This document shows positions 26,708 through 39,430 of a stretch of 64,000 nt of DNA, in pieces. The DNA comes from Eledone cirrhosa (lineage: Eukaryota): assembly GCA_964016885.1 (NCBI GenBank), contig OZ024753.1, positions 30,442,001 to 30,506,000 on the forward strand. The letters run 5' to 3'. Under the pieces are notes generated by a model that was given only the letters and a program-made list of their open reading frames with translations, was not told where the DNA came from and did not search any database. The position numbers and the translations under genes were made by a program. Every line of letters starts with the position of its first letter. Position 1 is the first letter of the stretch.

Positions 26708-27703
26708 CTTAAATGCTTTTCCTATGTTTGTATTTATTCATAGTTTATAAATCCAATATTTGACATTCCAATCAGAACATTTCTTTGAAGAAATGTCGTA
26801 CATTTTTCTTTATATACATTTGTACACACTTATAAAATATAGGTGAGTAGACACTTTAAAAAATATAAGTGTGTACACAGAGAAATAATATAGGTGTGTA
26901 TATACACGCCTACAAAATAAACACGCATTTACGTTTTGCTTCGTTTGTTGTGTGATTGGTTTGTTAGTGTTAAACAACTCATTCTAATAATGTTGAATAT
27001 TTCTGATGAATTTCTTGAGAATTTAGTTTTAGTTAAACAGCAGCTATCAATCTGTCTATTGTGTTTAGAGTGTTTTGATAACTTCGTCTTTAACCCTCGC
27101 CTGCCTACTGATCAGCATCACATGATATTTTCACTCTCTCCGTAACATTCCTTCTACTACACAATTAGACACAGCATTAAGCTTTGTCTGCTTATTATAT
27201 GATATTATTTTTTTCCCCTCACAGTCTTTTTACCCCCGATATATATCAATATTTACGTCTATGAACCAATATTTCATCGACTGCTCCCCCTCCCCCACTG
27301 AAATGTAATTTTTTGTGGGTGTTTACCGACCACCGGTTTACGTTATCATTGTTTCGGTACATTGCAACTCTAAAATGGAACTACGTTCAGTTGTACCTCC
27401 ACCACCTCTCTACCTCTGTATGTATCTCTCTCTCTCTCTCTCTCTCTAGATATTCATACATATGCATACTTGTATATAAATGTATACATACTTTGATTAC
27501 CTGTACAGGCAATACTTATTAGAATGCTGTTGAAGTATGTATACATTTTTGGGGGACACCCTGTGTGTGTTTTTCTGTATATATATATATATACACACAC
27601 ACAGGGTGTCCCTCCCCAAAATGTATACATACTTCAACAGCATTCTAATAAGTATTGCCTGTACAGATAATCAAATATGTATGTGTGTATATACACACAC
27701 ACT

Positions 27704-27760
<57 letters not shown>

Positions 27761-30700
27761 TCTACTTTTATAGAGTTGGAATTCATTAAAAAATTCATTA
27801 AAAAAAATCGAGGTAACAATTGGTAATAAATCTGTACCATAGATAGTCTGATAATGGAACAAAGTTCAAAGTTGACATACTGTGAAAGCCTATTTCCTCT
27901 AACAATAATGTTGAGTTGGCAGGCTGAAGTAATACTTTGTTTAGTGTTATATACTAAGTTTCAAATTAACCATTTTGTCAACAACAACCCTGAGCACCTT
28001 TTTGAATTTCATATGTCTAACACCCATGGGCATGCTTACAAAGCCAGAAAACAGCACAGCTCACATGATTTTCGGAAACATTTTTTCACACTGAGTTGCT
28101 GAAGCATGGAACAAACTACCTGCATTGGTTGTTAACTGTCTGGACACTGCATCCTTCAAAACTTCCATGCTTCCAAATATTCCCCCTCCATACATATGCA
28201 TATATCTGTGTGTATTGTAGTGTGCGAGAGAGGAGACTGCGATGGTATGGACATGTGTTGCGCATGGAGGATGACCGGTGGGTGAAGAAGTGCCAAGCAA
28301 TGCCAGTTGAAGAAAGACGTAGTAGAGGAAGACCACGAAAAACATGGGCGGAGGTGATGGGAGCAGATCGCTGAGGCTCTCGGTGGAGATGACGAAGGAC
28401 TGTGACAAGTGGAGAGATGCTGTGTTGAATAGGACCCATCCTACCCTTGCAAGCAGGGAAAAGCAGACGTAAAATGATGATGATGATGATACGTTGACTC
28501 ATACACTGTTCACTTTCCTGACATGAATTGTAGTGCACCTGTGCACTGTGCACAATCATCTTCATTATTATTATCATCATCATCATCGTTTAACGTCCAT
28601 GTTCCATGCTTGCATACCCAATTGAGTAAGAATCCAGCCTGTCTGCTAAAAAAAAGGGTGTAATACTATTTTTGTCTTAGTTTGATTTCATAAGATTAGA
28701 GATCAAAATCTCTGACCCCCTAAATTGTTCAGACTGATGCCAGACCTTCTAAAATCATCTGTGATTCTACATTACAAAACTATTTGTTTTAAAGTGTTTA
28801 TATTTGTCTATAAACCTTCCATATTTTTATGTAAGATCCTTTAAGTTATGTACCAAACACAAGCTTAATAATGAGGAAATTAGATATATTAATAGATCCC
28901 TTTGAAATTATATATTTTAAAAATTATTTGAAAATCATAGGCAGTGTCTTTCGTTAGAAATATGGCAATAAAGGGGTTAATATTTAGAAATAATGTAACT
29001 TATTTTAGTAAAACAAAGGTCACTCGACTGATTGGCTTGGAGTTACTTGCTAATATACTCCCAACTTACAACATACAAATGTACTGTCTCTTCACTAGCT
29101 TTATGTATCACTGTTTCATAGTTGATCCTGTGTCAACTTCACATAGACCCTTGCAATTCACTCATCTCTCTGTACTACCTCAAACTACTTGTCATCCATA
29201 TTGCCAAGCCATGATTAATTTCTTAGTTCTTCCTCCCTCAAATACCCATACTCTTGTATGTTCCCACACTTGTCTATTTGCAGTTGGGTTTAAATTACAT
29301 TATTAATTTTGTTCTATGACCATTAAGATTAAGTTTCAGAATTTGTATAAAGAACAAAATAAATCTTTAATTTTCAATTTAACTTTCTTGATTTTTTTTT
29401 TTTTCAGGAACTCAAAAGATATTTGATGCAACTAAAAAATTCGTAAGTACTTTATTACAGTTATAGAGACTTTTAATGTATTAAGTGATAATTCTTGAAA
29501 GATTACTGAAATTATATAAACTTAAGTACCTTATATACTTGAATATAAACCAAACCCCTACTTTGTCTGAAAAATCCAAACTGCATTTATAAGCAGGGGC
29601 AGCTAATCGATACTGGTTAGATGGCGTATATAAGCCGACCCTCTTCATTTTACCATCAATTTTTTTTTTGGGTCACATATTCCTTGGCTTATATTCATGT
29701 ATATATGGTAATCTTCTTCTAGTCAAAACTTAAAAAAAGAAATTAAGGAGACATTTTGTTTTAGAATTGGTAGTGTGTTAAACATGCAGTCATTAATTAC
29801 ATCTCTTCACATTCTGAGTTCTAATACTGGAGGAGAAGAGAAGGGTTGATTTTGGTTCTGATATTAGTAGGGTCAAATTGAGGGATTGATCTAATTGGTT
29901 ATACCTCTTCCATAAAATGTAGGGTCTTGCACTTATGTTAGAAATTCACGATATTTGATTGTGCATCCTTTCATACCAAATGCATTAAAGTATGAACATA
30001 TGTTTCCCTATAGTAAATTGTATTGATTGAAATACTTATTTAATTTCCTGTAGAAATAGTAACATCTGTTACCAAGGAAAGTTGATATAATTGATCTTCA
30101 GTGTTCAGTGTTTCAGAAGGTTGTAGTTCTTGAGATGATGGGTTTTGTGAAGTGTCTGAAGCAGAGTTTTAGAAGTAAAAGAGTTGTGGTAGTAAGAGAA
30201 TGAGAGGACTGAACTGAACTAGATGGGAGCTGGTACAGAGCTTGATGGTTCAAAGAAACAGGAACTTGTGTAATAAATAAGATTAGAGACATGAAAGTGA
30301 TAGTACATCAGTGTGCAAACGGCAGAATTGTTTTTGTGGGTGAATCAGTTGGATAGTCATGCTTATTATACAGTTTACATGTGTAACAGCATCCTAAATA
30401 TGTGAACACTAGTCTGTTATAGAGTGTAATTGGGCTCTATATAGGAGTCAGCAACTGTTCAAAACTAAAGTAATTTTAGGTCCAAATGATAAGACCTGGA
30501 TTTTAAAGGCTGTTTTGGATGTGTTACAGATATATGGTTATCATAATACCTCATCAGATATTGTAAAATGCTTAAAAGGTTTGAGTTGTTCCTGACTAGA
30601 GAAAACTAGTGTCTACTTCCTTGATCTGTGGTGTCTGTGTTTTCATTCTGTTTAACCCTTTTGTGACCATATTTTAAATGGAAGACTATTTGTTGCAATT

Positions 30701-33618
30701 AGTTAATGAAGAATTTTGGGGAATTTATTGAAATTTTGTTGGAACAGTTTAATTTAAATAATTTAAACCTTTTAAAGTGGCTGATTTTGTTTTATAGAAT
30801 CAGAGCTGGTTTAGGGCATATTGGTATCAAAAGTATTAATGGGGGCCAAGTTGTAATGTTCCCATTGGAAGATGTTTATGGGGGTAGTTCATGTCTAATG
30901 TAAGGTGTTCAAGTGCATAGAAATAATGGCAGCTGTGAATGAAAATTTATTAAAGATTTAAATGTGGTATTTATCTGCATTAGAATGTTTTTAGCTTGAA
31001 TACTGTAGGGCAGTGCTACTCAAAGTGGTGGTCCGCGGACCGGTGCTGGTACGCGAGCCATCAGCTACTGGTACGCAGCCAGTGTCCAGGCCATGCTAAG
31101 GAATCATTTGAGGAATTTTTTTTAGTACTTTTTTATGTTTTGATATTGTATTTGTTTACAATAAATAGAAGATAAATAGAAGATAAAAAAATGGTCAACT
31201 ATTATTATATTTATTATATATATCGTTTCCAGTATAAATTAATATTACTACGAAATATTAGCGGTACGTGGCACATTGAAAAAAAATGCCGGTCCACTAC
31301 ATCAGATAGTTTGAGAAGCACTGCTCTAGGGGACATAACTGAGTTTTGACACGCGACAAAGTTGATGGAATGTTTATCAGAAACTAACTCGCCAACACAT
31401 TGTGTGATTTAGTACACAGACAAATGTCTTCCAACGCTGGATCTGACAAATGCATGGAACAGACAGTTATTTTTTCAGGAGCTTCTTGTAGCAGACAAAG
31501 TCAAAGTAGAAAACCAACATTGCAATCATTGAAGGTCCTAAGACCACTTTTCACTTAACTCAATTTAAACCTCATCATCTTCAGCATTCTATCTTGGAAG
31601 TTAACATATTTAATGTAAGGAGCATTAAAAGGCCAACTAGAAAAAATGATGTAGGGTAATTACTGGCCTTGTCCCAAAAGTAGAAACAATTATGACTTCA
31701 TCGGTAGAGGGTCGGGCGCCATGCTTTGACGCATAGTTACGGCCCTTGCCATTCTGAGTTCAAATCCAGCCGAGGTTAACTTTGCCTTTCATCCTTATGG
31801 GGTCGATAAAATAAAGTACCAGTAATACACTGGGTAATTGCTGGCCTTGTGCCAAAAGTGGAAACAATTATGACTTCATTAGTAAAGTATAGAGTTCACC
31901 AAGTATGTTGAAGTAGTGATAAGGGAATCACCAAATGTACAAAATTCTACTCTACTTGGCAATTTTCTTTTTAATGCTTCCAGCATGAAATATATGAACT
32001 ATTGATTTACATATGGATGACAATTCTAAATCATTTATTCTCTAAAATTTATATGTCGGTCAAATTTACTGTATAGATATTTTACTGGCTGTATTGTCTC
32101 CTTTATTAGTACCTATTTCATTGTGTTTTAGTGTTGCTGGTCTCAATGCTATCATTATCACAGACAGAGATGGTGTTCCTGTTCTAAAAGGTATTCTTAC
32201 TTAGGCTTTTCCATTACATCTTTAACCTATGTATAAACTATATTCAACTGTAACTTCCAAGACATTTTTGAAAAATATCTTTACACTGTTTCTATGCTTG
32301 TGTCAAAGTAAATATAAAACAGCACTTCGTTTAATGTATATCGATTGTTTAAGACATGTTTATTAACATGTTCTCTATTCTGTATAATTTTAGTTGCTGA
32401 TGATAATGCTCCTGAGTTAGTAATGAAACAGAACTTCCTCTCCACATTTGGCTTGGCCACAGAGCAAGCAGGCAAGTTAGGCTTATCTGAAAATAGATCC
32501 GTCATCAGTATGTACACAACGTGTCAAGTAAGTCATCTTCAAGACATTATATTTTATATATTTTATTGTGATTACTATGTTCAACTTAATTAGCTTATTC
32601 TTCTCATAATTATAGTAAATAGCCTTGTTTTCTTCCCCCCTTAGACTTTGTTTTATGAATGAAATTTTCTCATAAGATTAAGGAGTTTTCCGTATACTTT
32701 AATGTTAATGCTACTATTTGACTATTGACCTAAATTTGATCAGAACTAGCTTCAGTTTTGATAATCACTAAATTTTTCAATTTCATCCTGAAATGCAAGA
32801 CGTATAATGATGTTGTATATTTTTCAGATTATCCAAATCAATCACCTTCCTTTTTTGATTACACTTGTTGCTTCTATAAATGCCAACACAGGTAGGTGTC
32901 ATTGCCAATATAATTCTCATTTAACCCCTAATACAATTACTACTTCTACACACTAATAACTGAATTTGTTTTACATCATCAGTTTCTGAACATTTATTTG
33001 TCAACCATGACATTTACTCACTTGATACTAAAACTAGAATGTCACCAATATGTGACTATAAAGCTGTGATGGTTTGTGACTATAAAGCTGTGTATAATAA
33101 CTTAACAACGGTGTGCTTGTGATAACTGTTGAAGCTGCAATAGTTTGCAGATGTAAGAAATTGTCTCACTACTGCTGAGTAAACCTTAGATGACTTATTA
33201 TTATTATGTGACTGGTTTCAAAAGCCATTCAACATGCATAATAATGTAACTCAAGATATCAGCTGAAGCTGTGAATGGCTTGAGGCTAGTATAAATGTTA
33301 GTCCCTATAGTACAGATAATCTGTTGAAAAACATGTGTAGCTTGTGATTGCTACTGAAGTTGAAAAACAGTTTTGGGTTCATAAAGTTGTTTCTTTTAAG
33401 AAAAATTATTCCAGACTTTGTAGCATTGTTTTTGCTATATTCTTGCATGATTGTTGATGCTAATCTGTTATTTATATTATAGAATAAAGTTAGTTCTTCT
33501 GTACATTCAATATAACTTATATATTTTTTTTTCTTTATTCCTAGGAATGCTTTTAAATGTTCCCAATGAAATGCAAGAAATTCTGAAAGACTTAGATGCT
33601 GTTTTAACTCTGGTTTGA
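26402..33618 (+). CDS. LAMTOR3: Ragulator complex protein LAMTOR3 (MP1/MAPKSP1), 6 coding exons: 26402-26410, 29408-29442, 32132-32190, 32394-32527, 32828-32891, 33545-33618
   Basis: All introns are GT-AG with consistent phases. Exons total 375 nt = 124 aa: MAEELKRYLMQLKNSVAGLNAIIITDRDGVPVLKVADDNAPELVMKQNFLSTFGLATEQAGKLGLSENRSVISMYTTCQIIQINHLPFLITLVASINANTGMLLNVPNEMQEILKDLDAVLTLV*. Motifs DRDGVP, FLSTF.LAT.Q..KLGL and ANTG match LAMTOR3. Confidence 0.95.
27870..28490 (+). mobile_element. CR1/L2 3' fragment followed by an RTE 3' fragment with tail (LAMTOR3 intron 1)
   Basis: THGHAYKARKQ...FRKHFFT, then RRLRWYGHVLRM...RGRPRKTW and a (GAT)n tail. Confidence 0.7.
29408..29442 (+). CDS. LAMTOR3: LAMTOR3 coding exon 2
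   Basis: Poly-T tract + CAG acceptor; encodes ELKRYLMQLKNS; GTAAGT donor. Confidence 0.9.
29529..29708. mobile_element. Tc1/mariner (Tc2-like) MITE, degenerate
   Basis: TA-flanked imperfect TIRs CCTTATATACTTGAATATAAACC / GGCTTATATTCATGTATATATGG; internal CGTATATAAGCCGACC. Confidence 0.6.
31011..31323. mobile_element. hAT (Charlie-like) MITE in LAMTOR3 intron 2
   Basis: TIRs CAGTGCTACTCAAA / TTTGAGAAGCACTG. 8-bp TSD CTGTAGGG / CTCTAGGG (1 mismatch). Confidence 0.85.
32132..32190 (+). CDS. LAMTOR3: LAMTOR3 coding exon 3
   Basis: TTTTAG acceptor; encodes VAGLNAIIITDRDGVPVLK; AG|GTATT donor. Confidence 0.95.
32394..32527 (+). CDS. LAMTOR3: LAMTOR3 coding exon 4
   Basis: TTTTAG acceptor; encodes ADDNAPELVMKQNFLSTFGLATEQAGKLGLSENRSVISMYTTCQ; GTAAGT donor. 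Confidence 0.95.
32828..32891 (+). CDS. LAMTOR3: LAMTOR3 coding exon 5
   Basis: TTTTCAG acceptor; encodes IIQINHLPFLITLVASINANT; AG|GTAGGT donor. Confidence 0.93.
33545..33618 (+). CDS. LAMTOR3: LAMTOR3 coding exon 6 (stop)
   Basis: Pyrimidine tract + CTAG acceptor; encodes GMLLNVPNEMQEILKDLDAVLTLV*. AATAAA follows at 33824-33829. Confidence 0.9.
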
Positions 33619-33823
33619 TATGCAGCTTGCTGAACCTCAACTGACATGACCTCTCGTTATATCAGTCCATCTTCTCTGTGGGCCACAAATCAGACAATAC
33701 ACATAACAAACTGTGATAAAATATCAGGGAAGAGATTTGGAACTGTCATTGATAAGAAAATATTCTATTGGCTGATTTTTGTTGGCTTGAAGTTTTATGA
33801 TTCTTTTCAAATCTAATACTGTA

Positions 33824-33829
33824 AATAAA
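33824..33829 (+). terminator. Candidate polyadenylation signal of LAMTOR3
   Basis: AATAAA about 205 nt after the stop codon. Confidence 0.45.
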
Positions 33830-34095
33830 ATTGTGCTAAATGAATATATACTTAGATGGTTGGGTCTTCTCTAACACCCCTCCTCCTCTCCACACACTTC
33901 TGGATCCTCTTTCTTAGCTATTACCTTTTTTTTTTTAGAGTTCTATCATGTATTATATATATCACCAGTGCAATAAGGACAGATTGCTGTAGATGAAGCA
34001 ACAAAACCATCGAGCAATACTAATCTAGAAAAACAGCTTTCCTTCCAAGTTTTCATGGCTAAACTCTGTCAAAAGTGAAATCTAATGAATAATTT

Positions 34096-34309
34096 TAACC
34101 CTTTAACATTTACATTACTCTATATTTACTATTGCATTTTCATGGTAAAGGCTTTACCTCACATAATATTGAAGCTACGAGATTTTGATATTATTTATTT
34201 TGAGAACAATACCTTAATATAAGTATGAGTGGCTGGTTAAAGTCAGTTTGAACAGAAAGAAGTGAGAGATTCTGGCCAGATAAGGTCGGTTTAAATGCTA
34301 AAGGGTTAA
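34096..34309. mobile_element. piggyBac-type MITE (TTAA-CCCTTT...AAAGGG-TTAA). Relatives at about 4507-4710, 21792-21930, 22058-22250, 35060-35270, 49650-49820
   Basis: TTAA target sites flanking CCCTTT/AAAGGG termini; recurrent internal sequence. Confidence 0.75.
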
Positions 34310-35075
34310 CAAAGCTTGCTTATTTTGTTAACCATTGATTACGTTTTAATATCTTAATTAATTAGCAACATAAAACACTTGGCAAAAGAATTTGAAGGTC
34401 ATTTTTTATGAAATGTCTCTTGCTAAATTATTTTTTTATATGAAATTGTCAACAGTTTCATTCAGATGTATTATGTTGCAAACATAAGGGCGGTAGATTG
34501 GCCGTGTTGGTAGAGCGTCAGACACCATGCTTTACAGCATAGTTATGGCCCTTTACGTTCTGAGTTCAAATCCCGCCGAGGTTAACTTTGCCTTTCATCC
34601 TAATGGGGTCGATAAAATAAAGTACCAGTAATGCACTGGGGTAATTGCTGGCCTTGATGCAAACTGCCATGGAGACAATCTTAAAAAGTCCACTTTTGGA
34701 CTATTTTATAAACCCAGTGAAGTTTTAACATGTTCATGGTTTTATATAGATTGTATGATGCTACAACTGCTGTTGTTGTTATTGTATACTTTGTAATGTG
34801 TCAATATTTCCTTTCATTGTTGTATTTTTTACATTAAATTATTCATTTGTTATACCAGTAAGGGTTATTTACCCTAAGAATCCTGACTTTTAATACTTTT
34901 TTTTAATTTCGACTACTCACATCAATATGAGCTTCAGGTAATTGCTGTGTTTCACACTTAAATTCTATAAGAAATTAAAAGTTATTTTGTTCTAATTAAC
35001 CAGCTTCTTTTTTAACTATTAACAGGCCAGCGGTGTTGTAAGATGTCTTTTTTTTTTACCCTATAAGCATTTACA

Positions 35076-35106
<31 letters not shown>

Positions 35107-35719
35107 ATTTTCATGGTAAAGGCTTGATCTAACATAATATCGAATCTATGAGATTTTGATATTATTTATTTTGAGAACAATACCTTAAGATCAGTATGAG
35201 TGGCTAGTTACAGCTGCTTTGAACAGAAAGAGATGAGAGAATTTTGGCCGGTTTAAATGCCAAAGAGTTAAATTATTTGGCAGGTTGATTTAACTGATGA
35301 TTTGTTTATCGTCATTATTATTCCTGACCAAATATGGCAGTGTATTGACAGTATTGAACAACATGCTTTGTAACATAGTTATGTCTCTTAGTTTTGTGAG
35401 TTCAAATCCCACCGAGATTAGCTTTGCCTTTTATTCTTATGAGCGAGATAACATAAAGTAGCAATAATGTACCAGGGTTGATTTGACTTTCCCCTCCCCA
35501 AAATTGTTGACCTTGTGCCTAAATCTGAAACCATTATTCCTTACAAAAGTCACTGAATAAGTTTCAGATATTTTTACTTTACTTATATTGATGAAGTTGT
35601 GGGGCTTTGTGGTTAGAGAATTGGATTCACAATCGTGGAGTTACCAAGTTCAATTCCTGTACCAGACGATGCTTTATGTCCTTGAACAAGACACTTTATA
35701 CCAACCCATGACTTATTTC

Positions 35720-36121
35720 TAAGTATGGCATATACCACTTGTCTTCAAAGTGTGGCATATACCATGTGTTTTCAAAGTATGGACATACCATGTGTCTTCG
35801 AAGTATGGCATATACCATGTGTCTTCAAAGTGTGGCATATACCACTTGTCTTCAAAGTGTGGCATATACCACTTGTCTTCAAAGTGTGGCATATACCACT
35901 TGTCTTCAAAGTGTGGCATATACCATGTCTTCAAAGTATGGCATATACCATGTCTTCAAAGTATGGCATGTACCATGTGTCTTCAAAGTATGGCGTATAC
36001 CGTGTGTCTTCAAAGTGTGGCATATACCATGTGTCTTCAAAGTGTGGCATATACCATGTGTCTTCAAAGTATGGACATACCACTTGTCTTCGAAGTATGG
36101 CATGTACCACTTGTTTTCCAT
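35720..36121. repeat. 27-bp (and 25-bp variant) minisatellite, about 15 copies
   Basis: Unit AAGTGTGGCATATACCACTTGTCTTCA; explains the repetitive ORFs in the track. Confidence 0.93.
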
Positions 36122-36479
36122 GTTAGATATAAGATAAACAAACGTCTCTGCTTTAAATTGTCAATATTGATACATGATGAGACACACATATGTGCAAATG
36201 TATGACAGACTTCCTTACAGTTTCTGTCTACTAAATTCACTCATTGTAAACATAGAAGATATTGGAACAATAAGCTTTTCTTTACATGAAGATTTTCACA
36301 TTCTTGAAGTAATTGTTTATCTAACTGTCGAGTATATTGAGGAAAGCAGAGTTATCTACCTTATTTTGGTTGACAAAGCAGTTACAAATATATATGTATA
36401 TATATATAAATCAGGAAAGAAGGTTTACATGGTTTCAGTTCAGCTTAAGCAAATGTTTGGCTTCAAAATAACCAATTGA

Positions 36480-37680
36480 ATGTTGCGAACTGGATGAAAG
36501 ATACAGGACACTTTCTGGTAGCATCATAATGATGCTTCAGTGGATTCCATTTGCATGAAGAGTACACTATGCAAGCTTTCTTGAGAGGGCAAGTGCCTCA
36601 TTTTTGCAGTACTGATTATCATTCATGCTGTGCAGCACTTGGTAGCAAACCTATCAAGTGCATTTTGGAGATCACCTGGTGAGTTAAGTAATACCATGTT
36701 GTCTGCAAATTTTTCAGCTGATTGATCCTACACTCAAGTCTTGATACCAATTTCAACCCAGCTGCACAAGTCAATCCCGTTCATGAAGATTATGAACAGG
36801 AGAGTCCAACACCCACATTGAATGGTTTTGGTTTAGTACCATTTATCTGAATACAAACACTAGGGCATTCGTATAGACATTTTAGGGTAACAAAAAGCTG
36901 TTCATCAATCCCATACTCATGCAGAACCTTCCTCAATAGGTCTCATGGAATGTGGTCATATGCCTTTTCATGGTCTATAAAACATACACCTCTTGGCAAT
37001 TCTCCCACGATTTCTCAAAAACCTGTCAGTGTGAATATTTGGTCAGCTGAGCTGCATCCTGAGTAAAAAACCACACTGATCATTAGCTGGCTTAGACTCA
37101 ACAATATCCCTACATTCCTTTGCCAGACACTTAGTATTTACTTTATCATGGAGGTTTAACAAGGGGATCCCTCTATAATTAAAGCAATCTCGTCTCCCTT
37201 TTTGAAAATTTGGATTATCACTCCCAATTGCCATTGCTTAGGTGCCTTTCCAGAGATCCAGGCCACCCAGCACACACAAGTCAGCCAGACAGTACATTTT
37301 CTATTTAAGTTTTTTAATATCTTGGGCTGTATTTCATCCTCCCCAGTAGCCTTGCCCCATTTGAGCGCTTTAATTGGCCTTGTGACCTCAGCCCCCAAGA
37401 AGTTAATCACTACTCCCTGATGCACCTCATCTACATCAGATGTTGCTATTGTAACCGGGTTTAGGAGATTAGCAAAGTATTCTCTTTACCTTGCAAGGAT
37501 GCACCTCTCTGAAGAGAGGAGAACCGTAGATGTGCTCCTGATAGCAGGTGTGGAGGAGGACTTCTTATGACGAAGTTGGTGGATGGTCTGCCTGAACAGT
37601 TTATTTACTGATCTGAAATTAGATTCCAGCTTAACCCCAAACTCCTCCCAAGTCTTAACTTTGGATGCTTTTACTGCCTC
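36480..37680 (-). mobile_element. Degenerate RTE (BovB/Expander-like) LINE fragment
   Basis: KALKWGKATGEDEI, WQLGVIIQIFKKGD, NYRGIPLL, DQCGF, with multiple frameshifts. Confidence 0.75.
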
Positions 37681-38180
37681 TGCTGTGACTTTTCACACCT
37701 GCTTGTATCACAAATAAAAGGTGGACTTATTTCCAGATCAAATAACACTGTTAGAACTCCATGTAGTACAGAAGTAGTATGTACTATATACGTATCTGTC
37801 TGTGGTAAGGCCAATAACATTATTAGAACTCCATGTACTCCAGAAGTAATAATGCCAATGAGATTAGGTAATGAGAGTTCTTGTTTTTGTAGAAGGCTTT
37901 CATCATATTGGACTTTGTTGAGCATTCACATGTGCTACAGAGTCATATATAAATGTTGAACAATGAAAACAAAAGGCGAGGTTTAGTGCTTAATCAGTTC
38001 ATTATTTTACGACCAGTTCAGAAGGTTGATTGATATAGTCATTAATCTATAGTAGTTATGTAGTTCCATATTATTAGTCTCAATACTATAGATCCATCTT
38101 ACCATCTTCATCAGAAACAGTATCATACTTTAAAAGAAAGAAATACATTTCTAGTGAGGCATTTACTGAAAAAATTCTCA

Positions 38181-38795
38181 TTAACCCTTTCATGATCACA
38201 TTATTTCTGTGAATTGGCAGTATCGGTAGAGGGTCAGACATGCTTTCTAGCGTAGTTACGTCCCTTTACGGTCTGAGTTCAAATCCCGCCGATGTTGACT
38301 TTGCCTTTCATCCTTACGAGGTCGATAAAATAAAAAAGTACCAGTAATGCACTGGGTAATTGCTGGCCTTGTGCCAATAAGTAGAAGCAATTATTTCTGA
38401 GTGTCAGACACTCAGAACATAAAGAGCCATAACTCTATGCTTTGCAGCATAGAGTTATGGCTCTTTACGTTCTGAGTTCAAATCCTGCTGAGGTTAACTT
38501 GTGCTTTCATCCTTTCGGGGTCGATAAAATAAAGCACCAGTAATACTGGGATAATTGCTGGCCTTGTGCCAAAAGTAGAAACAATTATTTCTAATCAAAT
38601 ATACTCTATTTTGATTAATTAATGAAGAATTTTTGAGGGATTTACTAAAATTATTTCATTACTTAGTAAGTTAGTGTAAGGTTCTTATAAAAAAATGATG
38701 GAATATTTTAATTTAAATTGGAAACCTTTAAAATGAGTGGTTTTATTTCATAGAACTAGAGTCAATTTTGGCCGGGTTGGTAACTAAAGGGTTAA
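38181..38795. mobile_element. Second piggyBac-type MITE interrupted by SINE insertions; relative at about 30652-30840
   Basis: TTAACCCTTTCATGATC ... TAACTAAAGGGTTAA with SINE copies nested inside. Confidence 0.55.
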
Positions 38796-39039
38796 AAAGT
38801 CTTGCTGTGAATGTTTTATATATCATCTTTTGGGCAATGTAGAAGCTAAAAGTAGATGAATGAGTTGTAAGAACAAATATTTATGTATACATTCTTGTAC
38901 TGTTTTAGTGTAGAACTACTATGATAAGGGACAAAAATATGAGTACAGGCATGTTTTTAAAATTTTGCCTGCAAACTCAAACATTGGCAACAGTAGAAAA
39001 TACCTGAAGGAATATAAAATTCTGTGATTGTGAAGTAGC

Positions 39040-39215
39040 CTTCTTAACCACACACGGCTGTTTTAATTGTTCTTAACCATACCTGAAGCTGTTTTAATTG
39101 TTCTTAACCATACCTGAAGCTGTTTTAAATGTTCTTAATCACACCTGAAGCTGTTTTAAATGTTCTTAATCACACCTGAAGCTGTTTTAATTGTTCTTAA
39201 CCACACCTGCAGCTC
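39040..39215. repeat. 31-bp minisatellite, about 5 copies
   Basis: Unit CCTGAAGCTGTTTTAATTGTTCTTAACCATA. Confidence 0.9.
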
Positions 39216-39430
39216 TATTAAATTAATATATTTGATAGAATGTTTGTTTCTGTAATTTATTTCATTTCAGTATGGATTGATGTGACAGGAGACCCCCCCC
39301 CCCCCATCCACAGTTCACCCTGCATAGAGGCCATGCTGGTGACTCAAAAAAAAGCACCCAGTCCACTTTGTTGGGTGGTTGTTTTGATGCCACAATATAA
39401 AACTCTCTCTCTATTTATATATATATATAT

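Noticed and set aside
35719-36205. Repetitive ORFs in several frames (e.g. VFKVWHIPL repeats)
   Set aside because: A stop-poor 27-bp minisatellite open on both strands, with 25-bp units that shift the frame.
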